From: Ruditapes philippinarum
Lineage: Eukaryota
Reading direction: 5' to 3'
Assembly (NCBI RefSeq): GCF_026571515.1
Contig: NW_026865766.1
Coordinates: forward strand, 1-64,000
Length of the DNA stretch: 64,000 nt
Part shown: positions 11,601 to 25,200 of the stretch, in pieces
Layout of the letters: every line of letters begins with the position of its first letter
How positions within the stretch are numbered: position 1 is the stretch's first letter
Translations under genes and position numbers: made by a program
Notes under the pieces: generated by a model
Databases searched by the model: none
What the model was told of the DNA's origin: nothing
Seen by the model: only the letters and a program-made list of their open reading frames with translations

Positions 11601-14357
11601 TAAACCAAAAAATTTATTGTTTAGACAGATATATTTTTAGATTGACTATTCGATAAGAATAAGTAGAGCTGTTCTAGTCACCTGAGTGTCGGCGTAACCA
11701 CTTATGTTACAGTTTTTGTAACACAATAACATGTGTACAGAATGTAAAAATAACTTTCATAACTAAAAGTGTTTGTGACTTTGAATATTTGGTTGCAGCA
11801 ACAAATATATTATGAGATTTCAACCAGATGTCATGTCTTATATACTCTGGGTTTATGAAATATAACAGAAGTTGTTTTGATATATTATATAGTATAGATT
11901 TGTTAGTAGATACAATCACTGCAGAAACATTTTAGATATCATCCACTTAGTGCACTAATGGGTTTACCCCTATTACTTATTAATAGGAGTCTACACATTT
12001 CTGCACGAAGGTTATGGTATGCAATACAAGCCAATCTTAACTTAAAAATATACTTGGCTCATCTTTTAGTAAAATATTTTTATTGCAGAAATTTATTTAA
12101 GTACGTGAAATTCTTACTAATTATGTCTAATTTAAATAATCGAATGCACAAACTGTGTATTGGAAACTGCATTCCCAATTACTAGTCAAGCAAAGTTGGC
12201 AGTTTCTTAAAAAAACTGCTAGTTTTTTAGCTCACCTGTCACAAAGTGACAGGGTGAGCTTTTGTGATCGCTTTTCGTCCGGCGTCCGTCGGTCCGTCCG
12301 TAAACTTTTACTTTAAATGACATCTCCTCATAAACCACTAAGCCAATTTCATCCAAACTTCACAGGAATGTTCCTTTGGTGGTCACCTTTAAAAATTGTT
12401 CAAAGAATTTAATTCCATACAGAACTCTGGTTGCCATGGCAACTGAAAGAAAAAACTTTAATTATCTTCTTTTAAAAAACCCAAAGAGCTAGAGCTTAGA
12501 TATTTGGCATGAAACATCTTCTAGTGAGTGTCTACCAAGTTTGTTCAAATAAAAGCCCTGGGGTCAAAATTGGCCCCGCCCCAGGGGGTCATTGATTTTC
12601 CCTATATGCATATAGTAAAAACTTAAAAAATCTTCTTTTAAAGAACCAAAAGAGCTAGAGCTAAGAATATTTAGCATGAAACATCTTCTAATAAGTGTCT
12701 ACCAAGTTTGTTCAAATAAAAGCCCTGGGGTCAAATTTGGCCCCGCCCCAGGGGGTCATTGATTTTCCCTATATGTATATAGTAAAAACTTAAAAAATCT
12801 TCTTTTAAAGAACCAAAAGAGCTAGAACTAAGATATTTAGCATGAAACATCTTCTAATGAGTGTCTACCAAGTTTGTTCAAATAAAAGCCCTGGGGTCAA
12901 ATTTGGCCCCGCCCCAGGGGTCATTGTTTTTCCCTATATGTATATAGTAAAAAATTAAAAAATCTTCTTTTAAAGAACTCAAAGAGCTAGAGCTAAGATA
13001 TTTAGCATGAAACATGTTCTAATGGGTGTCTACCAAGTTTGTTCAAATAAAAGCCCTGTGGTCAAATTTGGCCCCGCCCCAGGGGGTCATTGATTTTCCC
13101 TATATGTATATAGTAAAAACTTAAAAAATCTTCTTTTAAAGAACCAAAAGAGCTAGAACTAAGATATTTAGCATGAAACATCTTCTAATGAGTGTCTACC
13201 AAGTTTGTTCAAATAAAAGCCCTGTGGTCAAAATTGGCCCCGCCCCAGGGGGTCATTGATTTTTTCTATATGTATATAGTAAAAACTTAAAAAATCTTCT
13301 TTTAAAGAACCAAAAGAGCTAGAGCTTAGATATTTAGCATGAAACATGTTCTAATGGGTGTCTACCAAGTTTGTTCAAATAAAAAACCTGGGGTCAAAAT
13401 TGGCCCCGCCCCGGGGGTCATTGATTTTCCTTATATATGTGTATAGCAAAAACTTAAAAGTATTCTTTGAAAAAACCTAAATAGCTAGAGTTTAGATATT
13501 AAGCATGAAACATCTACTAGTGAGTGTCTACAAAGTATGTTCAAATAAAAGCCCTGGGGTCAAAATTGGCCCTGCCCAGGGGGTCATTGATTTTCCTTAT
13601 ATGTGTATAGGAAAAACTTAAAAATCTTATTTGAAAAAACCCAAATAGCTAGAGTTAAGATATTAAGCATGAAACATGTTCTAGTAAGTGTCTACCAAGT
13701 TTGTTCAAATAAAAGCCCTGGGGTCAAAACTGGCACCGCCCCAGGGGTGTCATTGTTTTTAACTATATGTGTATAGTAAAAACTTAAAAATCTTCTTTTA
13801 AAAAACCCAATGAGCTAGAGTTTAGATGTTTAGCATGAAACATTTTCTTATGGGTGTCTACCAAGTTTGTTCAAATAAAAGCCCTTGGATAAAATTTGCC
13901 CTGCCGGGGGTGGGGGAGGGCAGATCATTGTTTTTCATTATAAGTGTGTACATCATGAAACATCTTCTTATGGGTGTCTTCCAAGTTTGTTCAAATAAAA
14001 GCCCTGGGGTTTAAACTGGCCCCGCTCCGGGGGCCTACATACAGGTGAGCGACCTCAGGGCCATCATGGCCCTCTTGTTTAATTACACTATGTATTCATA
14101 CTGTGTCTACCTGTAGTGTGAAGAGTTCAAAACATTATACATATACTCCGTGTGCACTCAAAATATGTTAATTTGATCTTTACAAAGGAATTGTGTAGCA
14201 ATTTTCAAATATCAAATTTGAGCCTTATACAGCTTAAAATAGATGAACAGGTTTTTTGTTGTTTTTTATTTGCACAGTTAAATAGAGACCTTATTACATT
14301 TTGCAGGAGTTACGAGGTATACCTTCCAAAAAGCCACAGCCAGACTATTTCTTGTAG
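5611..14357 (+). CDS. PPP4C: Serine/threonine-protein phosphatase 4 catalytic subunit, 8 coding exons, 307 aa
   Basis: GT-AG exons 5611-5636, 6720-6843, 8045-8197, 9171-9344, 9860-9986, 10325-10514, 11439-11517, 14307-14357 total 924 nt with consistent phases. PPP motifs GDIHG, GDFVDRG, RGNHE, HGG, RAHQ and SAPNY are present. N-term [17 protein letters not shown] and C-term [13 protein letters not shown] are PP4C-type rather than PP2A or PP6. Confidence 0.97.
7009..8023. mobile_element. Non-autonomous Tc1/mariner element in a PPP4C intron
   Basis: TIRs CGAGGGATGTCCGGAAAGTTC / GAACTTTCCGGACAGCCCTCG, flanked by TA on both sides. Confidence 0.85.
12223..14080 (+). mobile_element. Helentron/HINE-like non-autonomous element with central ~166-bp satellite array (~9-10 units)
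   Basis: 5' TTTTTAGCTCACCTG, short hairpin, GTCC microsatellite, then a tandem array (GCCCTG anchors at 12555, 12722, 12888...). The 3' end has subterminal IR CAGGTGAGC, palindrome AGGGCCATCATGGCCCT and TTGTTT. Confidence 0.85.
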
Positions 14358-14856
14358 TGAATGAATAGTGAGAAGATTGATGAACAAAAGAGTTATAAAT
14401 GATGGAGAGAGACTTTATATCAGATCAGATGACTGCCTTTAAACAAAACTACAGTCTGATTCTTGAATCTTTATAAATATTTCAAGGGTTCATTACATCA
14501 CTGTCATAACTTTTATCATTCTAAGTCCAAAGAGTTATGGCAGCGTTGACTTTAACTCTTGTCTATACCAGTAACAATCAATTCTGTGATAATGCTAGTT
14601 TATTTTTGCTGCAACAAAATTACCAGCTTTACTTTTGGTATTTAATTTACTGGAAATTTTAAATGTATGGTATGTAATATCTAATAAAAATGTTTGTAAG
14701 AAGCAATGCCACTTAAGTAAGCAAGGTACACGTGTACTAACAGTTTTGGCCAAAATTATATCCAGTTATTTTTATTTCTTTTTACATGTACATGTTTCAG
14801 TACAGTGAAAACAGTTGTCATTGTGTTCTGGCATTGAATTTTGTTTTGACATAATT

Positions 14857-15094
14857 GAGCCATGCCATGACAAAACCAACATAATGGGTTTGCAACCAGC
14901 ATGGATCCAGACCAGCCTATGCATCCATGCAGAGTGATCAAGATCCATGCTGTTTGCTATCAGTTTCTCTACTTGTAATAGGGTCCGGTTGGTAAGCGAA
15001 CAGCATGGATCCTGATCAGACTGCGGATGCGCAGGCTGGTCTGGATCCATGCTGGTCGAAAACCCATTATGTTGGTTTTGTCGTGATGTGGCTC
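14857..15094. mobile_element. Fold-back Sola-type MITE copy A (downstream of the PPP4C stop)
   Basis: ~100-bp inverted arms GAGCC...GGCTC; flanks AATT/ATTT; more diverged than the other copies. Confidence 0.85.
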
Positions 15095-18000
15095 ATTTCA
15101 TTATTAGCAGTTTAAGTACAAACTGTGGTGCATAAGTTAAAAGATATTTTAATTTGAAATATGTTTTGAGAAAAAGTCAATATGTTTTATTTCTTACACT
15201 GTTGATGTGTTGCATATTTGAGACAAATCACATTGTTAGTTTTTCTTTAGAAACAATCTAGGATAAATTCAATTCATTACTTATTATTCAATGAAATAAT
15301 AATTTTGCTTATCTTAATATTGTTGAAAAGAATATAGATCAATTTCTTATAATAACAAAGGGTTGGAGGTGGAATAGCTTATGAAAAATAAAATTGATCC
15401 TGAAAAAAAATAATGAAATTGTTCCCATGTACAAAATTTAAAAAACCCATTAATTTATGAGCTGTTATCTATATAAATTGGACCACAATCTGCTAAGTGT
15501 ATAACAAAAGTGTATAGTACGGTTTTAACTAACTGCTGAATGTTCTATAGTTTTTTTAGTCTCTTATGTATCAGTATTACAATTACCGTAACAGATATAA
15601 CACAAGATTCTTAGTAAAAAATCCATCTGTTTGGTTGTTTACTTGAGTAAGATTTTTTTTCTTGGTTACATATTTCAGTAAAAATCATCTGCTTTTTTCT
15701 TTCTCAAGTTTAATTTAATTATAGACATTTTCATCAAGTAAGATCCATTTCCTTATTTCTTACACATGATTTGTAGGGATATTTTCAAAATATATGCTAA
15801 CTGAATAGCAAACAGTGCAGACCTTGATCAGACAGCACAGATATGCCAGCTAATCTAGGTCTGCACTAGTGGCATGGGTAATTATCTTGCCACCAGCACG
15901 CTTTGTGTTCGTTAGATCCATCGGCTTTTATTTGAGTCTTAATTTAAGAAGAAATTTGCAACAATACATGATACATGCTGTCTTTTAAAATAAATTCAGC
16001 GATTGTAAATATTTGTAAAATAAAGATTTTATTGTGTTATATTGTCTCAGTTTGTTGTCCTATTTTTTTCACAGTCTTTTTTTACATTCTCTCGCATATT
16101 TATAGTGAAAAATTGTCTTTACTGAAATGCACTTCTGTGCATTGAAAAAAGTAAACATTTCAATATGTTGCTGACTGCATAAACTATACTTTCTTATCTT
16201 CCTATTTGATTAAAACTTACTTTCTTGAGATATGTACAAACATAGTGTATTTATTCAGCATTACATGTGCTTTTTTATGGGAAATAACCATCAAGTGCTT
16301 ATTAAAATGGGAAGTCTCAGTTAATAACATTATTCACAGAAGCAATATTTTTTTTTTAAAAGACACATTAAGAGAGTAATTCAACTCTATTTCATGAAAC
16401 TGGTTTTGGTTTTCCTGGAAAGTTGGACTAAACTGTCATGTTAAAGTAGTTTCTAGTATATTTCACATGCATCTAATGGATAAAAATATCAAAAATGTCA
16501 TCAGAAAAGAATTATTTAATAGCAATTTCTGTTCCGAAATATTTCTCTTGCTGTTATTTTAAGAACTCAGATAATTTAATATTTTCGGTTTACATTCTTT
16601 GTCCCATTTTGCAACTCTGTTTTTTTTTTACCTCATTGAGACTGTGTTGAAATCAAAGTTATCAACCCAATTGTACTTAAATCTTAAGTTGAGAGCTTTT
16701 AACTGTTACATTACCCCTGAATAAAAGTGAGTTAAAATGGGAAACTTGCATTCATTCCAAGGTTTTTCCCAGATAGTGAATACTTTTTTAACGTTTACAT
16801 TTATTTTTGTGAACTAGGAGAAAAAAAGAATTGAAATAGTTTTAATTTACATATGTGTACATTTGACTATTGTTTAATCACGAAATTTGATTAATGTTCA
16901 TGTTTATATTTCCTGTAATTATATTTCATTGAATTCATTTTGTACAGAAGAAATGTTTGTGTATAGAATTCTGAGTCTTGATTACATATGATTTCCTTCC
17001 TTAAGATGAGTTGTATTTTCCTAAGTGATAGAAAAATATGCTGAATTTGTGAATAAAGTTTATTCAACAATGAATTGTACATATGAAAGTTTTTACTGTG
17101 AGAATAAAGTACGAGATTTGCAGTTTGTTTTGTTGAATAGAAAATTAGGCAGGTTGAAATATTGATGGTGAAGAGTGAAAAAGCGGTCATAGGTCATAAT
17201 TTTTTTTTTTAGTTTTCCTGTCTAAAAAATATTTACTTTTGAGGCTAACCCTTGTTTTTAACATGTACCTTTATGGACTGATATTTTAGATTTTTGGTAT
17301 ATTGTTACTTTCTATGGAACACAACCTGTGGGTGGCATATAAGGTCAATTAGGTCAAATTTGAAGCTAAAATTAGATTTTCCAAAATATCCAACTTGTCC
17401 ATAATCAGGGAAGCATTCAGTGGTGGTACCAACACATGTATTATATTTGTCAAGGGTATCAACTGAAGCAAGCCATATAATTAATACTTCTTTTCTTTTG
17501 ACTTATTTTAATGAAAATGAAGCCAGGGACAGATGTGTTTAATTCTCCACAAATTTTTCCCCCCACATTGAGATCTGAAATTTAGCGTCCTCCTGACTCT
17601 GTATGGAATGAGGTGTGTTGTGATTGGCTATATTTCAAGAGTTGACTGCAAATTTGTTGTAACTTCCAGTTGGCTGCAAAACTGTTGTAACTTATATGAA
17701 ATAAAGAAGGACCAGTCACCCCTCGATTTGGTGATTAGTGGGAAAATATCCCAAGTTCAATTCAGCCAAGTAATGGAGGTCACGTGTGAAATTATTTTTG
17801 TGCCTTCTGAATATATAACAAATCAATAAATCACTAGTTAATAATTATTTACAACTGTAAAATTTTGACATAATTAAGGTCTAATATCTTCAATTCAATT
17901 CTTTACTTCACTCATTTCATGTTAAACATGGCATAATGATACTTGATTTGTGTAACATTACTTAAAAAAGACTTTATTTTTTTTGTAGTTTGGCCTTAGG

Positions 18001-18469
18001 ATATTGTAATTTTTATCTTAAATGCTGCAAGATTGTCTAGATTTTGAATTGTTTTTATCAAGTTATAATTCAGTTTTTATGTTTCTGATGAATGTCAATT
18101 TGATGCCTTTTTGCAATATATTGAAATTTGATTAAAATTGTCATGAATAAATGATTTCTTGTTGTTTTTAACACATGCAACAATGTTATGAAATACTGTA
18201 TAAAGATCCTGTAACACATTTTGATCATGGTTTTATTTCATAAATATGATGTTCAAATTAAGATTTGTCAATATTGTAAGTTCCAATAAGCATTATTTAT
18301 ACAGATATTACCGATTTTAATATTTCATGTAAATAAAGGGAGATAATTAGAAATTTATTTTCTATAAATTCTAAGTCAATTTTCCAATAAGAAATGAATG
18401 CATATAATTTATTGATTAAATATAATGTGCTTCAATATTTGCAGTACACATTTTACATATTCTTCTTAT

Positions 18470-18945
18470 ATATACCATATTTCATGAAAAACGAAAAAAT
18501 AACCTTTTTATTTAATTTCATTATCAAAGAAAAATGTTTACGAACCCCCTAACTGCAATTGTACAGCGCGCAGTAATATAATTAGTGTCTTGTTTTGCAC
18601 GCGATATTTAGCGCTACATTGTGACGTCACGTAAACAACTCTTTAAACGTCTATACAGCTTTAATGACTGAATTAAAGATATTGGTGTTCGGATTTATTT
18701 TCTTCGTTAGACCATTTTCTATCATTCTAGATAGTTTTCAAATCAAAATTCAACAAAAAGTTGTTATTTATTTATCAGATTTTTCAAACAAAATGGCGAA
18801 AGAAGTCACTTAAAATAAATATGAGTTTTGACTCCGCCCACTTTCATATTTATATTTCATATTTATTTTTAAAAAATATGAAATATATTTGACTGATATA
18901 GCACCATATTTCATGGGTAAAATTAAATAAAATGGTATTATTTAT
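18470..18945 (+). repeat. Dispersed repeat, same family as 63566-64000
   Basis: Direct sequence match. Confidence 0.75.
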
Positions 18946-19516
18946 ATGCTGTCAGAAGAAAGGTTTTAGGTTTGGTGGCAAATTGTCTCTTTTGTACTAT
19001 TATTTTTACTTCCATAAAGGGATAACATTATTTATTACATACTTACAAATGAAATATTGATGAAATAAAATGCGTATTTTTATTTTCCGTATTTTCACTG
19101 TAAAAAAATATTTTTCACTACAATGAAACATATTTTCCGTATTTTCACTAGTGTCTTGCCAGACTAATTTCTTCTAAATTCTAAGGGAATTCTTCCTATT
19201 CATAAGGTTAAGAAAGAGAAGAAGTATATAATAAACATTTATTACATGCTTTTGAGCGGATAGTGAAATTCTAGTTTATAGCTTATTTCACGGTGAAATA
19301 ATAAAAATATAACTTACACACAACAAGAACAATGTCACGGCATGATTATATTTTCACTCATGGCTAAACAACTCGTGAAAAGCTATGCTGTTCACTGTAA
19401 AATATATTTAGATCTTAATGCAAAACAAACAAATATCTTCTGTGTTAAAAATCTAAATGCGCCGCAATTAACATAGAATCTGACATTTTTCATTAATTCA
19501 TGAGCAAGCATATATA

Positions 19517-20257
19517 CGACGGGCACATTTGATTAGTGGCAACAAATCAATTTAACCGAAAGTACATGTATAATATACCGTTGGAAAGATTATTGATTTT
19601 TCAAACCAACGGTCCTTTTTCGCACGATTTGCACGTGCAATAAAGTTTTAGCATGTCTGGTTTTGTATACTGGCTGTAAGCATGATTGACTTGCATTGTG
19701 AATTAGACGCCTGAGAGAAATTGTCACAGGGGATGAAACGTGGCTTTATTTTTTTGAGCCCGACAATAAACTCAGTAACAAAATGTGGGTAGGTGAAAAC
19801 AGCGATCGCCCAGTTGTCGCTCGACGTACCAAGGAGCGTGAAAAGAGTTATGTACGATCTATTTTTTTGACAGTAGCCTGAGAGGGATAGTGTCACCGGA
19901 ACATTTAACCGTGACCATGTTTTCACTGCGGTAGTTAATGAACCAAGCTTATTTAGAGGAGCAGAGGTACATCCTGCCCATAGTCCTGACATCTCTCCTT
20001 GTGACTTCTGGTTATATCCGTACATCAAATCTTGCCTTTGCGGTCGCCGGTTCGAAATCTGTAGTGCCGTCAGAAGCGCTCTCCCAATGTATAAGCAGTC
20101 AACAGTTCAAAGTTGGTTTGTCGGACTTGATTCTGAGGCTATCAAATGTGTCGAGGTCCATGGTGAATATTTTGACGGTCTCTACATTACTTATCATTTT
20201 TCACAGGTATGACTTATTTATAGAAACGCGCTGCCGTTGCCACTAATTAAAATATAC
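19517..20257 (+). mobile_element. Internally deleted mariner relic
   Basis: Partial TIRs (ATTAGTGGCAAC / GTTGCCACTAAT). Translated fragments IVTGDETWLYFFEP (~19721) and HPAHSPDISPCDFWL (~19970). Confidence 0.8.
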
Positions 20258-22000
20258 CACTGGAACGAGTATTCATAAAATTCTCGTAAATAAACAATCC
20301 AGAAATACTAAAGCTCGCCAGACAGCATTTTTATAAGTCGCTTGTCATTTTCTTCAGGGTACCGTTGTATCAACAAAGACAGTCGTAACTGAGATCTTAT
20401 TTTACGACCGAGCCTGCGTTGATAAAACGGCACCCAGATCTTGTCCGTAAAATAGATTCCTCTAGTCTAGTCAAATTTAATATCGTACATTTCCGTTAAA
20501 TTCATAACAATTTTGTGCTTAAAAAGACAACCACTTCCCGTAACGCATTGCTTGATTCAATGAGCAAATGTTGTTACAATTAAGTGAGATGTGAATACGG
20601 TTACGTCTGTAGACTAGTTCCCTAACTGTCTAAGATTCACTCCGCAAACGAACGTTACGTTGTTGGAAGCAGTCTAGTCTTTGTTACGTCATAGCAGCGT
20701 ATGACGTTATTACGCTTAGCAATAACTTTATGTTACTTAGAGAATTAAAGATGCCAAAGATGTTGTGATGGATAAAAAAGGATTTGAAGGTTGGATTTTT
20801 TTTTGCGTTTTATTTTACCTTTTCATATTGTACTTATTACATGTATAGTTTTTATTGTGTCAATTGATAGTGACGCACAAAGTCTAGGTCCCCAGCAGTG
20901 GTTTCACTCAGTGGAAGATAAATAGATTGAAGTCCATTACGCGCATTTTACGTGAATTAGTAAGATTATAGAAGTAATAATTTCCCTTTAAATTAATACA
21001 CATTAACTAAAACTTATTGAAGAGTAAATTTGTTAGGGGATATTTTAACGTATGATTTACAGACTCGTACGAAAATGATACAATTTTAAATGTTCTGTTT
21101 ATGAAAGGCAACCTTTTAAATATTTACTAACCGTATTTTACACACGGATTTCCAAAGCGAAAAGGCGAAAAGCAAAAGGGAACAATTGGTTTTAATAAAC
21201 ACATTCGTGTACAACTTCCAAATGAAATTCCGATCTCTGCGAGATAAAATATTAATTTACAGATTTTTTCTTGAATATACGTTTAAATAATTTCTGATTA
21301 TTGTTGTTGTATAGGTGACGTATTTTGGAAGCGTTATCTCTTGTTTTATCTTGCTCTGTGTTCTATTCCCCCCCCCCCCACCTCCCTATTCATTTTCTGC
21401 CCTTTTTCGTAATTGATATGGTGCTCAAAACTAAACTTTAGTTTTTAAAAACGCCGGAATTCATTGTAACTAACGTGGTAAAAACAATTTGAAATTGATA
21501 AATCATAATAATTTCAGATTTGGAAATAAATGCTTCAAAATAGTGTCACAGTTTTCCATCACTGTGTGCTTTTTTTGTTATCTTCATTTCATTTATCTTT
21601 TAATTCTTAACAATACGGAACAATCTAGTCAAACCAATATCCATAGTTAAAATATGCCTCTTTATAACAGCATTCAATGTTATATAACTCCCAACAGATA
21701 TTTGTTCTTTTTTATATTTTCCCTATCATTGTTATATTACTAACATTAAAACATGTACTCCACCGGATATTCACTATATGATCTCTTTTATCATCCTTAC
21801 AATAGGCAACGTGAGCATTTTTATTTTCATGCTGTATGACAAAGAGTTGAAACAATGTATCACAGCAGCAAGTGGAACTGCTAAATATAACAAAATGGAT
21901 GAAAGCTTTAGAAACGAAAAACTGAAATTAGGCTTATATCTATGATATCGTACTAAAATTATAAAACTGGCTGTGTAAATAAGAAAGTGCTGAAACATTT

Positions 22001-22235
22001 GAGCCGCGTCACGACAAAACCAACATAATGGGTTTGCGACCAGGATGGATCCAGACCAGTCTGCGCCTCCGCGCAGTCTGATCAGGATCCATGCTGTTCG
22101 CTATCAGTTTCTGTATTTGTAATAGGGTTTGTAAGCGAACAGCATGGATCCTGACCAGACTGCGCGGATGCGCAGGCTGGTCTGAATCCATGCTGGTCGC
22201 AAACCCATTATGTTGATTTTGTCGTGACGCGGCTC
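22001..22235. mobile_element. Fold-back Sola-type MITE copy B
   Basis: ~100-bp inverted arms; perfect 4-bp TSD ATTT (AWWT type). Confidence 0.9.
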
Positions 22236-22277
22236 ATTTATAATTTCTTGTTTGTAGGAGAAAACTCCTTCCGCAAC

Positions 22278-25200
22278 ATGTTTCATAGAAAAAAGAAGGA
22301 TAAAAGCTATCTGTTGAGTAAGTATATAATCATGTATTTCGCGCTGTTATTTTAAACAAATATACAGTCTGTCTCATATCGGCCCTTCACATATTTTACA
22401 ATGGACAGACTACAAAGTAGATGCCAACTGAATATTTCTCATTGTGTAGACAAATTTTTAAAAGAAATGATTTATTCCATGAGTATGACATACAAATGTC
22501 TAGAAACGAGTTTTTCAAAAAGTTCTACTAAGTTTTATTACACATTCATGCGGGTCATCCGTTTCTATAATTATTATCACAACGGCTAAAAAAATATATT
22601 GATGTACATTTTGATTCTAATAAACCAATTAAGAAGATAATAATTATGTGGGATTCGCTCAGCAATATCATTGTACAGTAGAGATTGTATGCAAATAGCC
22701 GAATGAAAGTATAAAAGTTTTTCATTTTATACATGTATTTTCTTTATCGTTTGAATAAAGTCACTCCTAACTCCATGTCAACTGGTTTACACATTTTCAT
22801 ATACATATAGCAAATATATATTCGGATTTTCCCGCATGATCCGTAGAATCTCGAAGCCTATTGAACATAAAAAGTAATATTATAATTTTCTGTTAATAGC
22901 TGCGCTGAAACAGTTGACAATAGCAACAGAAGAGCAGGTTTCTGTTATAAAATCTCTGACAGATCAGAACAAGATTTATCAAGATTGGCACCAAGTACAA
23001 GAGACATTACTCAGTAAAGCAGCTGAACTGCAGAAGTTGAAAGGTGACACCTCTTTCTAAAGATATACTATGCTCATTTTTGAGTGAAATAATTCTATGG
23101 CAAAAAATTATTGAAATCTATGAAATTTTAACTACATGTATGTATAATTTGAATTAAAGACTGTATAAAATATGTCTACGACGCTGTATTCCATTTTACA
23201 GGTAAGGTAAAGTTGGTACTTTCTTAAAAAAAACTGCAGATTTTTAATAACACTATATTTTCATATTGTGATCTTCTATAGTGTGTAGAGTTTAAAGCAT
23301 AACATATCTACTTTGTGTGAAGTCATATTTACAATGAGACGGTGTAGTAATTTTAAATATTTTTAAATATCAAATTTGAGCCTAATATATCTTAAAATCA
23401 AATCAAATGTAGGCGACTCAGTCATTAAATTGGCATTACTATCACATGGCAATAAAAGATAAAGTGGGTTATTATCTATATTATCAAAATAAAACTTTAA
23501 GAAAGAAACTTAAACTTATAACACTAGCCCAAAGTGTGTGAATAATTGACCCTCGAAGTGCTGCGATTGAAATTGCGTCATTTGTGTTAGGCTGGAACTT
23601 TTAGTACGGAAAAAAAAAAAAAAAAACAAACATAAAAAACCTGTTACCACCAACATTTTTGTCCTACCTACTTTCAGATCAAAACGAAACCCTCCAAGAA
23701 AACTTGGTTACAACACTTGAAAGGTTAGAAAAAGCCAAGGAAGAGATTTTTGCTAAAGAAGAACGAGAACAACACTTTGAAGAAGCCAACAATAAACTCT
23801 CCGAAGATCTAAAATTAAGCGCAAGAAATTTAGCAGAAACACAAACGCAGCTTGCTCTTTATCAAGGTATTAACCATAAACATGCTGTCTTTCTTGAATA
23901 TACTTGTCCAGCTTACACTTTAATATCTGTCAAATATTTTTTTTTTGGAGATATCAAAATGAAAATATGTGTGAATTTGATCAGTTAACAGTATAGAGCC
24001 CGGTCAGATCTGCAGACTGACTCGAATCTATACTGGTGACTTTATTATTTTTTTCAACGTATATATGGAATGATGTGTATGAAAGGGAGATAAAAACAAT
24101 CAAAGACGATAACTTTCACAGAGTCAGAAGGGTAACTGCACGAATATTTATGATTATTTCAGACTAAAATGTTATAACATAACATAAAAGTTAACATAAT
24201 ATATTTTAACCTACGAAACCGCAAAGACAGACACAAAAAACTAAAATTTATCTAAGACAGACACCAAAAACTAAAATATATCTATCTCGTATTATATTTT
24301 ATTCAACACTCTTTAAACAAAAACAAAACAAAAACATAAAGAAAAAGAAAAACAAAGAAAAAAAAACCAACAACATGAGAATACATGGACCAATTATTTG
24401 TAAGTTGTGATCCGACAGGACTTTTCTCTAATTTTAGAAAGATTTAAATACGCCGACGAAGAAAATAAAGCTCTCAAAACAACCTCCGAAAAGTACAAAG
24501 TTGAGCTCGAGGCGATAAAGTCAGAATTTGTTGACGAGCATATGAAGTCAAAGCTCCTTGAGCAGGAGGTCGTTTATCACACAGGTAAGTACCTTTTTTA
24601 ACCTTTGGCTAAAATAAAGCCATAATTTTTGCACGGAAAATATGTCAACGTCATTGTACCGTTTGTGGCACGTGCGCCCTGCATGATGCGAAATAATATA
24701 CAAATTCGGACTTTTAGCTGATGTATGATGTGATATGTACTGAAAAATATATATCTATATTGACCGAGGCAAAAGCGATATCACATCATATTCACCAGCT
24801 AAAAAGTTCATATCTGTTTTATTGAATAATTTATAAATAGCTATTATTTGGTGCAAGGGGACGTGAGGGATGTTGCACTTTTTAATTATCCCTCATGTAC
24901 AGACTCAATCAAACCAAGATTTTATACTGCTTAGCAGCAGTGTGAAGTGTTGTGTGGCATCTGAAAAAAAATGCCCATAATAAGTGTTGAAAATTGAGTA
25001 CCGCTCAAGTCGGTGCTAGGGTGCATGAGGGACGTTGAAGTTTTTCTTTATCCATGCTGATCGCAAACGCATTATGTTGGTTTTGTCGCGACGCGACTCA
25101 TATTATTTCGGAGAGGTAATTTCAGGCTTTATATTCGTTCATTTTTAAGAAATGATGGAGTTCAATAATAAAGCACGTTTAGAGATGACGAGGCAACTTG

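Noticed and set aside
5611-14357. PP2A or PP6 catalytic subunit
   Set aside because: The length (307 aa), the DLDRQIEQL N-terminus and the PSKKP..DYFL tail fit PP4C; PP2A ends RRTPDYFL and PP6 ends PYFL.
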